From an uncultured delta proteobacterium (GTDB lineage Bacteria; Desulfobacterota; Desulfobacteria; Desulfobacterales; QNYZ01), in NCBI GenBank assembly GCA_963845145.1, contig CAWJQU010000015.1, positions 41,858 through 105,857 on the forward strand: 64,000 nt of DNA, written 5' to 3'. Numbering within the stretch: position 1 is the stretch's first letter; every line of letters begins with the position of its first letter. Below, piece after piece: positions 30,862 through 39,978 of this stretch. A program made the translations under genes and the position numbers. The notes beneath the pieces were generated by a model. The model did not search any database and was not told where the DNA came from. It was given only the letters and a program-made list of their open reading frames with translations.

Positions 30862-31929
30862 CTAAACCGCACAAGTAGTCGCTTGTTTGCCGGTATTATT
30901 CATCATTTCGCACACCTTCCGAATATCGATATTCACGGGGCAATAGTCCACGCAGCGCCCACACCCCACGCATTGAATCCCGGCTTCATATTTATCCACA
31001 TAGTATTTCAGTTTGTGCATGAACCGCTGCCGCACCCGGTGGATTTTTGTACCTCGGGGATTATGTCCGGAGCCATGCAGGGTAAATAAAGGGAACATGC
31101 AGCTGTCCCAGTTTCGCATGCGGCGTCCGTTCACCCCTTTGGTTTCATCCTGAATATCAAAACACCAGCAGGTCGGGCATAAAAAAGTACAGGTGCCGCA
31201 ATTGATACAGGCGAAAGCCACATCCTCCCAAAAATCGGCATCGTACAGGGCCATGGTCTCGGCATCGGCGAGATTTTCCGTGATAACCGTGGAGTGGATC
31301 GCGGCCTCGGCATTTTTTCGACGTTTTGATACCGCAACCGTCGTCGATTCAGGGTCCACGGCTTCCTTCCAGCCACCGGCTTTAATAAAAGCGGCACCCT
31401 TATCCGTGACAACTTTTGCCAGATAATGATCATCACCATCCACCAGAAGCACATCCAGATCATCTTCCTGATAGGGCCCCCCGCCCGCAGAGGTACAAAA
31501 GCAGGTAGGGCCGGGTTGATCGCAGGCCAGTCCCACCAATACTGTTTTTTCATAAGCCCTGAGCCAGTATGGGTCCTGGTAGTCTGGGGCATCAAAATTG
31601 CGCTTGACCTGCGTGTAAGCAGCCGCATCACATGGGCGCATGCCGATCACCGCTGTCATAGCGTCATCTTGCGGAGGCTCTTTCAACAAATGGCGGTCGT
31701 CACTGTTTCGATCCAGTGAATACGTGAATAAGGTTTGGGATTGGGGATAGATGGCCCCTTTGGCGGACAGCCGGGTGTTCGAAAACCCCATATCGGGAGC
31801 TTTGCCATCCGACAACGGCTTAAAAAGGTAAAAATCCTGGTCTTTGACCGGCCCGATCAAGTGGTATGTATCGGCCGCCTTTTCCAATCCTTTTGCCCAT
31901 TGGGTTTTGTCAATTTTGATAAAGTCCAT
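30862..31929 (-). CDS. flxB: 4Fe-4S protein FlxB (AsrA-like)
   Basis: RPCD; CFC; CINCGTCTFLCPTCWCF; WDSC; CVGCGRCVDYCP. Confidence 0.83.
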   Translation of the reverse strand: MDFIKIDKTQWAKGLEKAADTYHLIGPVKDQDFYLFKPLSDGKAPDMGFSNTRLSAKGAIYPQSQTLFTYSLDRNSDDRHLLKEPPQDDAMTAVIGMRPCDAAAYTQVKRNFDAPDYQDPYWLRAYEKTVLVGLACDQPGPTCFCTSAGGGPYQEDDLDVLLVDGDDHYLAKVVTDKGAAFIKAGGWKEAVDPESTTVAVSKRRKNAEAAIHSTVITENLADAETMALYDADFWEDVAFACINCGTCTFLCPTCWCFDIQDETKGVNGRRMRNWDSCMFPLFTLHGSGHNPRGTKIHRVRQRFMHKLKYYVDKYEAGIQCVGCGRCVDYCPVNIDIRKVCEMMNNTGKQATTCAV

Positions 31930-31984
31930 ATTGCATGCTCTCTTTTTCAGGGGGTTCCCCCCTGTTTTCCCTTTGTGCGTTGGT

Positions 31985-32929
31985 CTATTTGATAAAATCC
32001 TCAGGATCCCCGGTCTGAAAGGTATCTAACGGTGGTCGGACATCGAGGGTAAGCCCGGCTTCCCATCCAAATAACGCCTGGCAGTCTTTTTCTAGTTTTC
32101 TTGTAAACACCCGCATATTGATTCCGACCGGACAGGCCCGCTCACAAGCGCCACAGTCGGTACAACGCCCGGCGCAATGATAAGCGCGTAAAAAGTGAAA
32201 GGTGCGGACATCAACGGGATCCTGGCTCTTACCCACCCACTGGGGCTGGGCTTCATCCACAAAACAGGTGGGGCAATAACAAAGCGGGCAGGCATTACGG
32301 CAAGCGTAACAGCGAACGCATTCTTGCAGCAGGTCATCAAAATAGGCCCATTTATCCTCGGAGGATATCGCTTCGATCTTCTTTACATCCGCCCATGGGT
32401 CCTCAAGATCGGGCACTTCTACCGGGTCTGCCACCAGTTCATCATAAATCACCGGATTGGGATGGACGCAGGTGGTGCAGTTGTTCTGTAAAAGGTCGGC
32501 CCGGGGCCACTCTTTGTCCCCTTCAGCACTGGTAACCTTAATGGTATCGCCTTGGTCGACAACTTCAGTCACCCCTTGACAGAGCGTATTTACACGGCGA
32601 CGATCAATCATCCCACGGCAGGGAACCCCGATAATATAGAGTTGGTCCCGGTCGATTTTATTTTCGATGATGTGGGTGACAATGTTTCGAGAATCACAGC
32701 CCTTGGCCACAATACCGACCTTCTCTTTTTGGCCGGTCAGATAGTTGGCCAGGTTGATACCGCAATTGCCGTCCCACACAAAGTCATCCACCCCGTCCTC
32801 TGTGCGAGCCACGCAAGGTTCATTCATCATCGGCACGGTTCCCCGACGAAACCCGATCACCAGGTCGACCTTGCAATCCGTTAAAATTTGTTTCGAAATT
32901 TGCTTGATTTTATCGATATAACCGATCAT
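31985..32929 (-). CDS. flxC: 4Fe-4S protein FlxC
   Basis: KGCDSR; CVRCYACRNACPLCYCPTC; AGRCTDCGACERACP; sits between the mvhD-like gene and flxB. Confidence 0.8.
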   Translation of the reverse strand: MIGYIDKIKQISKQILTDCKVDLVIGFRRGTVPMMNEPCVARTEDGVDDFVWDGNCGINLANYLTGQKEKVGIVAKGCDSRNIVTHIIENKIDRDQLYIIGVPCRGMIDRRRVNTLCQGVTEVVDQGDTIKVTSAEGDKEWPRADLLQNNCTTCVHPNPVIYDELVADPVEVPDLEDPWADVKKIEAISSEDKWAYFDDLLQECVRCYACRNACPLCYCPTCFVDEAQPQWVGKSQDPVDVRTFHFLRAYHCAGRCTDCGACERACPVGINMRVFTRKLEKDCQALFGWEAGLTLDVRPPLDTFQTGDPEDFIK

Positions 32930-32930
32930 A

Positions 32931-33383
32931 TCAGGCCGCCTTCTCATTTTCTGCTTGTTTAGGGCGGTTTCCTTTGATGAAGGTCCGGTTGGGACCCAAC
33001 GCAGCCACCGCTTCGGTTACTTCGTTGACGACCCGAACGAATTTGGTCGATTCAGCCGAAGACACCCATGAAAAATGCATTCGACCCGGCTCAACCCCCA
33101 TATGGGCCATCAATTCTTGGAAAAGAGCGAATTTCCGACGTGCAAAGTAATTACCTTCCAGGTAATGGCATTCGCCGGGATGTCAGCCGGATACCCAAAC
33201 CCCGTCGGCCCCTTCCCTCAAGGCGGCCAAAGCAAATTTGGGGTCCATTCTTCCCGTACAGGGAATTCGGATCACGCGGATATGGGGCGGATATTCCATT
33301 CGGCTGACACCGGCCAAATCCGCTGCACCATAGCTGCACCAGTTGCATAGAAAGGCAACAATTTTCGGTTTCCATTCAGGCAT
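32931..33383 (-). CDS. flxD: MvhD/FlxD 2Fe-2S subunit, selenocysteine-containing (UGA at 33183..33185)
   Basis: ORFs 33183..33383 and 32931..33113 share a frame; read-through gives FLCNWCSY...PCTGR...[17 protein letters not shown], with UGA at the conserved Cys of GCHPGxCHY. Confidence 0.9.
33135..33178 (-). promoter_or_regulatory. Candidate bacterial SECIS hairpin after the flxD UGA
   Basis: CCGGCG-AA-UGC-C-AUUACCU-GGA-AGGUAAU-UACUUU-GCA-CGUCGG; three stems pair. Confidence 0.7.
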
Positions 33384-33456
33384 GTCGTATTGCTCTCCTT
33401 TGTATCTTTAAAACTTCGGCGTTTAGCCGCCTGCCCTATTTGTCAAGTTATTACGA

Positions 33457-36400
33457 CTATCCGGTCGCCTGGTTCAGCGAAAAAAGCTGGGCGAAGATCT
33501 GGTCGTTGTCAAAACCCTTCAAATGAATAGCTCCGGAACGGCAAGATGCCACACATAACCCGCACCCTTTGCACAAAACCGGATTGATTTCAGCGGTTCC
33601 CGGAAAAAACCGGGCATCTTTCGGCGTTAACGCTGGCGCGCCGTAAGGACACACCGACACGCACACGTTGCAGGCGCTGCAGATTGCTTGATTGGTCTTG
33701 GCCACCTGCCCACTGGTGTATATTTTATCCCTGGCTAACAAAGTCACCGCCCGGGAAGCCACAGCCTGGGCCTGGGCCACGGCCTCATCAATGGGTTTGG
33801 GATAGTGCGCCAACCCACACAAATAGACGCCATCGGTAGCAAATTCCGAAGGGCCGAGCTTGGCATGTCGTTCGATGTAAAAACCGTCATCGTTTACCGG
33901 GACTTTAAAAAGTTGAGCCAGGTTTTCGTCCTGATTTGGGATCACCGCCGTAGCCAAACAAAGCATTCCAGCGGAAATTTGAACCGGCCGGTCGAGAATG
34001 GGGTCAATCAATTCTATCTTCAGTTGACCCTCTTCGATTTGAACTTGTGGTTTGGTATCAAGAGCATATCGAATGAAAATAATGCCCTTATCCCGGGCAG
34101 TCTTATATAGAGATTCCCGTTCACCGTAGGTTCGAATATCCCGGTAAAGGATATAAATATCCATATCCGGATTGATCTCTTTTAAGGTCAGGGCCGTGTC
34201 GATTGAATGGGTGCAGCAAACTTTGGAACAATAGGGACGATCAGGTTCACGGGAGCCGACACACTGAATAAACACCGCAGTATCCAGGTTCTTTAGACCA
34301 GAATCGCCTTCCATAATTTTTTGATCCAGCATCAGACCAGTAATGATGCGCGAATCCTCACCGTAATGATATTCTGAAGGGGTATATGGTTTGCCGCCCG
34401 TGGCGATCACGGCGACACCATGGTCGATGACCTCTTGATCGCCGTTACTGGAAAGGGTCGATTTGAAATTTCCCACGAACCCATCCAGATCACTCAATTC
34501 GGTTTCTAAATGGATGGTGATATTTTGATCGCTATTGGTCACTTCATCAATCAGTTGCTTGAGTTTGGGCTTAACGGGCTTGCCGTCGGCGGTCTGGTGT
34601 AAATTTTCAGCTTGGCCACCCAGCCGATTACTTTTTTCAACGATATGAGTCTGGTACCCCTGTCTCCCCAAGCTCCTGGCCACCGTTAGCCCGGCGACTC
34701 CGCCACCGATAATCAACACATTCTGGTTCACTTCAAACTCAGTTTCTTTGAGCGGCTCCATCAACGCCACTTTGGCCACAGCCATGCGAACCAGATCCTT
34801 GGCCTTTTCGGTGGCCAGTTCGGGATTGTTCTTATGGACCCAGGAATCCTGGTTACGAATATTGCACATTTCAAAGAGGTACTTATTCAAACCGGCATTG
34901 ATCAGGGTTTCCTGAAACAACGGCTCGTGGGTCTTGGGGGTGCAGGCGGCAACCACGACCCGGTTCAAATTCTCTCTTTTAATAATGGCTGTCATTGCTT
35001 CCTGGGTATCCTGGGAGCATGAATAGAGGTTGTCGGTGGCATATGTAACGTATGGCAAAGATTTGACATACTCGGCCACAGCAGGCACATCCACCACCCC
35101 CGCAATGTTGATGCCGCAGCGACAGACAAACACTCCGATACGGGGACGATCGTTAATAACATTGGTTTCCGCAACCACCTCTTTTTCTTTGGTTGCACTG
35201 TGCCGGGCGGAACCCAAAATCTCACCGGCGGCAGCCGCGGCAGCACTGGAATCCACGACTGCTTGAGGTATATCTTTTGGCCCCTGAAACGCGCCACAAA
35301 CAAAAATGCCCGGCTGGGAAGTCGCCACGGGATTAAAGGGCGAGGTTTGGCAAAAATTGCCCGCGGTTAGCTCAATATCCAGTTTTTTAGCCAACGCCAC
35401 TACTTCAGGGGGTGTTTGCATTCCGACGGACAACACAACCATATCAAACGTTTCGGTGACTTTCTGGCCATCATCGAGGACATATTTTAGGGACAGATCG
35501 TCTGACCCGGGTATATAGTCAATGGTATGCACACGGCTGCGAACAAAGCGAACGCCCTCTTTTTCACGGGCATTATCATAAAACCGTTCAAAATCCTTGC
35601 CGTGGGTACGCATGTCCATGAAGAAGATAGCACAATCCAGATCATCACCGGCATGCTCTTTAGCGACAACCGCTTCTTTGATTGCGTACATACAGCACAC
35701 CGATGAACAATGCGAATTGTCGCAACGATTCAAATCCCTTGATCCCACACACTGAAACCAAGCGATTTTTTTTGGTTCTTTTTGATCCGAGGGGCGAATC
35801 AGATGCCCACCAAAAGGTCCCGAAGCTGAAAGGATCCGTTCCATCTCCAGGGAGGTGATCACATTGGGATGGTTAATATAATTATAGGAATCAAAAGATG
35901 ATGGATCGAATGGTTCGAATCCGGGGGCCAGAATGATGGATCCAACATCAAGTTCAATAATCTCGTCCTCCATGGTGTGATCAATCGCGTCCACGCCACA
36001 GAACTCGGTACAGATTTTACATCCACCGGTTTTAAAATGAACACATGTATCTCGGTCAATGACCGGGGTGTTGGGAACGGCCTGGGCGTACGGCACGTAA
36101 ACGGGTTTACGACCTGCGAGGCCGACATCATACTCAGAAGGAATCGGTGGCCCAGGGTTTTTGGTGATCTGTTCTTCAACCTTTTCCCAGGTAATGTGGC
36201 CCGTTGGGCAAACAAAAGCACATGCCCCGCAGCCGATGCAAGCGTCAGTATTGATGGAAAAAGGTGTATCCACCTTCATATCCAACCCGCGTTGAGTCAA
36301 AGTAATGGCATTGGCTCCCATCCGCTCACAAACACGTGTACAGAGTCCACACAAAATGCAGGTGTCATCCTCGGCCTGGAACCTGGGCTCCGTAACCCCG

Positions 36401-36726
36401 TATTCTTTGGCCAAGTCCTGTACAAAAGGCACTTCCGAGCAGCGGGCCAACAGCATCTCAACAATGATTTTACGCCCTTCATAGACGGTTTCACTGTCCG
36501 TCTTTACTTCCATGCCTTCCCAAATGGGGTAGTTACAAGCAGTTACAAAACGGGTACGCCGTCCATCAAATAGCTCGACAGTACAAATACGGCACATACC
36601 GGCAGGTTCCAGTGCCTTGTGATGGCACAGCGTGGGAATTTTCACGCCAAATTTATCGGCAACTTCCAGGATATATTGACCTTCATCCCCTTGAACCGTT
36701 TTTCCGTTAAGCTTAAATGTAACCAT
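33457..36726 (-). CDS. hdrA: Fusion of a NuoG/HydA-type N-terminal FeS module to tandem HdrA domains lacking the first FAD-binding N-terminus
   Basis: IPTLC...CRIC...TAC; two CxxCxxCxxxC; then PSEYDVGLAGRKPVYVPYAQAVP, QCVGSRD, CSSVCCMY, RIGVFVCRCG, GGGVAG, CSKVCC, C-terminal ferredoxin. Confidence 0.88.
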   Translation of the reverse strand: MVTFKLNGKTVQGDEGQYILEVADKFGVKIPTLCHHKALEPAGMCRICTVELFDGRRTRFVTACNYPIWEGMEVKTDSETVYEGRKIIVEMLLARCSEVPFVQDLAKEYGVTEPRFQAEDDTCILCGLCTRVCERMGANAITLTQRGLDMKVDTPFSINTDACIGCGACAFVCPTGHITWEKVEEQITKNPGPPIPSEYDVGLAGRKPVYVPYAQAVPNTPVIDRDTCVHFKTGGCKICTEFCGVDAIDHTMEDEIIELDVGSIILAPGFEPFDPSSFDSYNYINHPNVITSLEMERILSASGPFGGHLIRPSDQKEPKKIAWFQCVGSRDLNRCDNSHCSSVCCMYAIKEAVVAKEHAGDDLDCAIFFMDMRTHGKDFERFYDNAREKEGVRFVRSRVHTIDYIPGSDDLSLKYVLDDGQKVTETFDMVVLSVGMQTPPEVVALAKKLDIELTAGNFCQTSPFNPVATSQPGIFVCGAFQGPKDIPQAVVDSSAAAAAAGEILGSARHSATKEKEVVAETNVINDRPRIGVFVCRCGINIAGVVDVPAVAEYVKSLPYVTYATDNLYSCSQDTQEAMTAIIKRENLNRVVVAACTPKTHEPLFQETLINAGLNKYLFEMCNIRNQDSWVHKNNPELATEKAKDLVRMAVAKVALMEPLKETEFEVNQNVLIIGGGVAGLTVARSLGRQGYQTHIVEKSNRLGGQAENLHQTADGKPVKPKLKQLIDEVTNSDQNITIHLETELSDLDGFVGNFKSTLSSNGDQEVIDHGVAVIATGGKPYTPSEYHYGEDSRIITGLMLDQKIMEGDSGLKNLDTAVFIQCVGSREPDRPYCSKVCCTHSIDTALTLKEINPDMDIYILYRDIRTYGERESLYKTARDKGIIFIRYALDTKPQVQIEEGQLKIELIDPILDRPVQISAGMLCLATAVIPNQDENLAQLFKVPVNDDGFYIERHAKLGPSEFATDGVYLCGLAHYPKPIDEAVAQAQAVASRAVTLLARDKIYTSGQVAKTNQAICSACNVCVSVCPYGAPALTPKDARFFPGTAEINPVLCKGCGLCVASCRSGAIHLKGFDNDQIFAQLFSLNQATG

Positions 36727-36743
36727 GGAAATTTATTCCTTTG

Positions 36744-38603
36744 TTATTTAACAACCACCGCGCCGAACTTACACGCCTCGTAACATATCCCACATTTGAT
36801 GCAGTTGTCCTGAACGATATTATGCGCTTCTTTTTTTTCTCCCAGAGACCGCTTCCTGGGGGCATTTACGAAAACAGACATGACATCCGGTGCATGCCTC
36901 TGGATCAATTTCATAGTGAAAAAGCGGTTTACAGACCCCCGCTGGGCATTTTTTATCTCGAATGTGGGCCTCGTACTCATCCCGAAAATACAGCATGTTG
37001 GTCAACACCGGATTAGGGGCCGAAGTGCCCTAGACCGCAAAGAGAGAATTTCTGCAACATCATGCCGAGCTCTTCAAGTAGCTCAATATCCCCCTCCTTG
37101 CCATTTCCCCCACAGATATCGGTCAAGAATTTTTAGCATTTGCTTTAGGCCTTCTCGACAGGGGTTGCACTGGCCGCAAGATTCATCTTTGAGAAAATCG
37201 ACAAAATAACGGGCGACGTCCACCATGCAGGTATCCTGATCCATGACAATCATTCCGCCCGACCCCATGATGGAGCCCACTTTGGAAAGCTCGTCGAAAT
37301 CCACCGGCAGGTCCAGGAACCGTCTCGGGGATACAGCCACCGGATGGCCCACCGGTCTGAACCGCCTTAAATTTCTTTTTCTTGGGAATCCCACCCCCAA
37401 TATCGAAAATGATCGTGCGTAGGGTCGTCCCCATGGGAACTTCGACTAGACCGGTATTCACCACTTTACCGACCAGAGAAAAGATTTTGGTTCCTTTACT
37501 TTTTTCCGTGCCGATACCGGCATACCAATCGGCTCCTTTGTTGAGAATCACCGGTACATTGGACCAGGTCTCAACATTATTTAGATTGGAAGGCCCCTCT
37601 CGAAACCCTTTTTCAACGGTATGCACGTACTTGGCCCGCGGACGGCCAGGATTACCTTCCAGCGATGCCATCAGAGCGGTGGATTCGCCGCATACAAAGG
37701 CACCGCCACCACGGCTGATGTGAATGTCAAAATCAAATCCCGACCCGAGAATATCCTTGCCCAGAAGTCCCATTTCCCTAGCCTTTTCAAGCGCAAGAGT
37801 CAAATTTGTGACTGCAAGGGGATATTCATGCCGAACGTAGACATAACCTTCTTTGGAGCCGATGGCGATAGCCCCGATAAGCATGCCTTCCACCACCGAA
37901 TGAGGGTTTCCCTCCAGCAGACTGCGATCCATGTAGGCGCCGGGATCGCCTTCATCGGCATTGCAGATCACATACCGGTCGCCATCATGCCGGCGACAGG
38001 TATCCCATTTTATCCCGGTGGGGAACCCACCACCGCCACGCCCCCGTAACCCGGATTTTTTAATTTCGTCGATTACCTGACGCGGGGCTTCATGTCATAG
38101 AGGGCTTTGGCTGCAGCCTCGTAGCCCCCCACGGCAATGTAATCCTCAATACTGGTGGGGTCAATTAACCCATTGTTGCCAAATATGATTCGCTGCTGCA
38201 GCTTATAGAAGGGAATATCATGTTCATGGGTAATCTTTTTTTTGGTAGCCGGATCTTTGTAAATACGCGACTTTACCAATTCACCGTTTTTAATGGTCGT
38301 TGCGACAATTTCAGGGACGTGTTCTTCCTTAACCTGCGGATAAAAGATCCCCTCGGGATGAATCACCATAACCGGCCCTTTCTCACAAAATCCATGGCAA
38401 CCGGTCAGCTTGATCTCCACCTTGTCGTTTAGCTCATGCGCGTTCAATTCTTTCTGGAGGGCTTTATGTACCTTGGCGGTCCCATAAGCTCCGCAGCCTG
38501 AACCGGCACATAGCGAAATCAGTTTTTTATTATCCGCCTTCCGCTCAGCCTGTAGAAAAACCCGCAAGGCATCCAAGGCTGCTCGATCCTCGAGTCGTGA
38601 CAT
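36744..38603 (-). CDS. NuoF/HydB-like NADH-binding FMN subunit, broken by about four frameshifts (probably sequencing errors)
   Basis: Successive fragments: N-terminal 2Fe-2S (CAGSGC, GCHGFC), [63 protein letters not shown], two C-terminal 4Fe-4S motifs. Confidence 0.85.
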
Positions 38604-38671
38604 GTTTCCTTTTTCCTTCCATTAGCGCCGGCTGATGGCACCTAAATCAAAACTTGCTATTTTCAAACCGT

Positions 38672-39154
38672 CTAAGTCTGTGCCTTATACGTTTCGATGA
38701 CCTCGCATACGCTGGAACGATCCAGGCCACCATAGGTATCCTTGTTAACGGTAATGACCGGCCCGGAGGCGCAGCACCCGATACACCGCACGCCTTCAAG
38801 CGTAAACAACATATCCTCCGTGGTTTGGCCTTCTTTAATTTTAAACTCATCCGACAGGGCGTCCATGATTTTTTCGGCACCCCTCACATGACAGGCCGTT
38901 CCGGTGCAAACATTTACGATATATTTTCCACGGGGCTCTAAACTGATGGTCTTATAAAAAGTCGCCACACTGAAGATCAGGCTTTCCCTGACACCAAGCT
39001 TTTCCGCTAGAACAGGAATCGTCTCCGGGGGCACATAATTATATATATCGCTGATATCCTGCATAATCATCAGCAGGCACTCTTTATCTGCATTATATTT
39101 TGCGATGATTTCGTCGATTTTAGGCCAATCGATCTCATGCTCATTTGCCATCAT
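38672..39154 (-). CDS. NuoE/HydC-like 2Fe-2S subunit
   Basis: VATFY; VCTGTACHVRG; VRCIGCCASGP. Confidence 0.92.
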   Translation of the reverse strand: MMANEHEIDWPKIDEIIAKYNADKECLLMIMQDISDIYNYVPPETIPVLAEKLGVRESLIFSVATFYKTISLEPRGKYIVNVCTGTACHVRGAEKIMDALSDEFKIKEGQTTEDMLFTLEGVRCIGCCASGPVITVNKDTYGGLDRSSVCEVIETYKAQT

Positions 39155-39230
39155 GTTGCGTTCCTCTATCCTTCGATTTTACCCAGGTTTTTAGGTAAAG
39201 AGCCTGTTCCCTTTTTGATGCTCATAAAGC

Positions 39231-39614
39231 TTACCCCTGGGCCCGGTGCAATACCGGGCAGTTTTCCACACAGGCACCGCATCCGGTGCAGCGGTCCTCA
39301 ATAATACTGCGGGCCCGTTTGCGGATTTTTACCTTGAAATTTCCAGGTTTACCCTCGACGGATTCCAGATCCGCATAGGTGATCAACTCAATATTTAGGT
39401 GCCGGCCGACCTCGACCAGTTTCGGAGAGATAATTCACATGGCACAATCGTTGGTAGGAAAGGTTTTATCCAATTGGGCCATGACACCGCCAATAGACGG
39501 GGATTTTTCGAGAAGATAGACATAATAGCCGGAATCAGCCAAATCGAGGGCCGATTGCATTCCTGTTATCCCTCCACCGACGACAAGAACCGATCCGATT
39601 ACATTTTCTGGCAT
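39231..39614 (-). CDS. Stand-alone HdrA N-terminal fragment (127 aa) with selenocysteine at codon 60; absent from the ORF track
   Basis: [87 protein letters not shown]...[40 protein letters not shown] at 39435..39437. Confidence 0.9.
39402..39419 (-). promoter_or_regulatory. Candidate SECIS hairpin after the hdrA-N UGA
   Basis: CUGGUCG-AGGU-CGGCCGG, starting 16 nt after the UGA. Confidence 0.6.
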
Positions 39615-39769
39615 GGGACGATCTCCTGATTATCGATTAATCTATACTGGATGGGTCGTAAAGATCCAAAATCAGCATGGGGCTTTATTTTTTTCCGTGA
39701 TGCATGTGAATCCTGTCTATCTTTTTCAGTTTAATCCGAATTAATAGTCGCCACTTTGAAAAAGAGCCG

Positions 39770-39811
39770 ATTTTATATGAAGGGGATATCCATGTCAATA
39801 AAATTTGACAT
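39770..39811 (-). promoter_or_regulatory. Sigma70-type promoter of the hdr/nuo/flx operon with an overlapping palindrome
   Basis: TTGACA-17bp-TAAAAT (39798..39770); palindrome ATGTCAA-TAAAAT-TTGACAT at 39792..39811. Confidence 0.7.
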
Positions 39812-39929
39812 AGAAATTTTTCAGACAATCAAAGGGGGCTAAATCTTAGAATATGGCTGTTGATGGACTAACAGACTAAACGGAAACGAGGACCTAATAG
39901 ATGGTTAACTTGCTAAAAAGACAGACATC

Positions 39930-39964
39930 CCCTTTAGCCAGAGATATAGACGCTGGCTAAAGGG
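39930..39964 (-). terminator. Stem-loop just after the double-receiver gene
   Basis: Perfect 12-bp inverted repeat CCCTTTAGCCAG / CTGGCTAAAGGG; the U-tract is not immediately adjacent. Confidence 0.55.
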
Positions 39965-39978
39965 ACGGGTGGTGTCTC

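Noticed and set aside
36744..38603. nuoF-like gene as a true pseudogene or programmed frameshift
   Set aside because: All cofactor motifs are intact and similar indels hit core genes; sequencing error is more likely, though unproven
33457..39154. [FeFe]-hydrogenase or respiratory complex I
   Set aside because: No H-cluster motifs and no membrane Nuo subunits; the NuoG-like module is fused to HdrA
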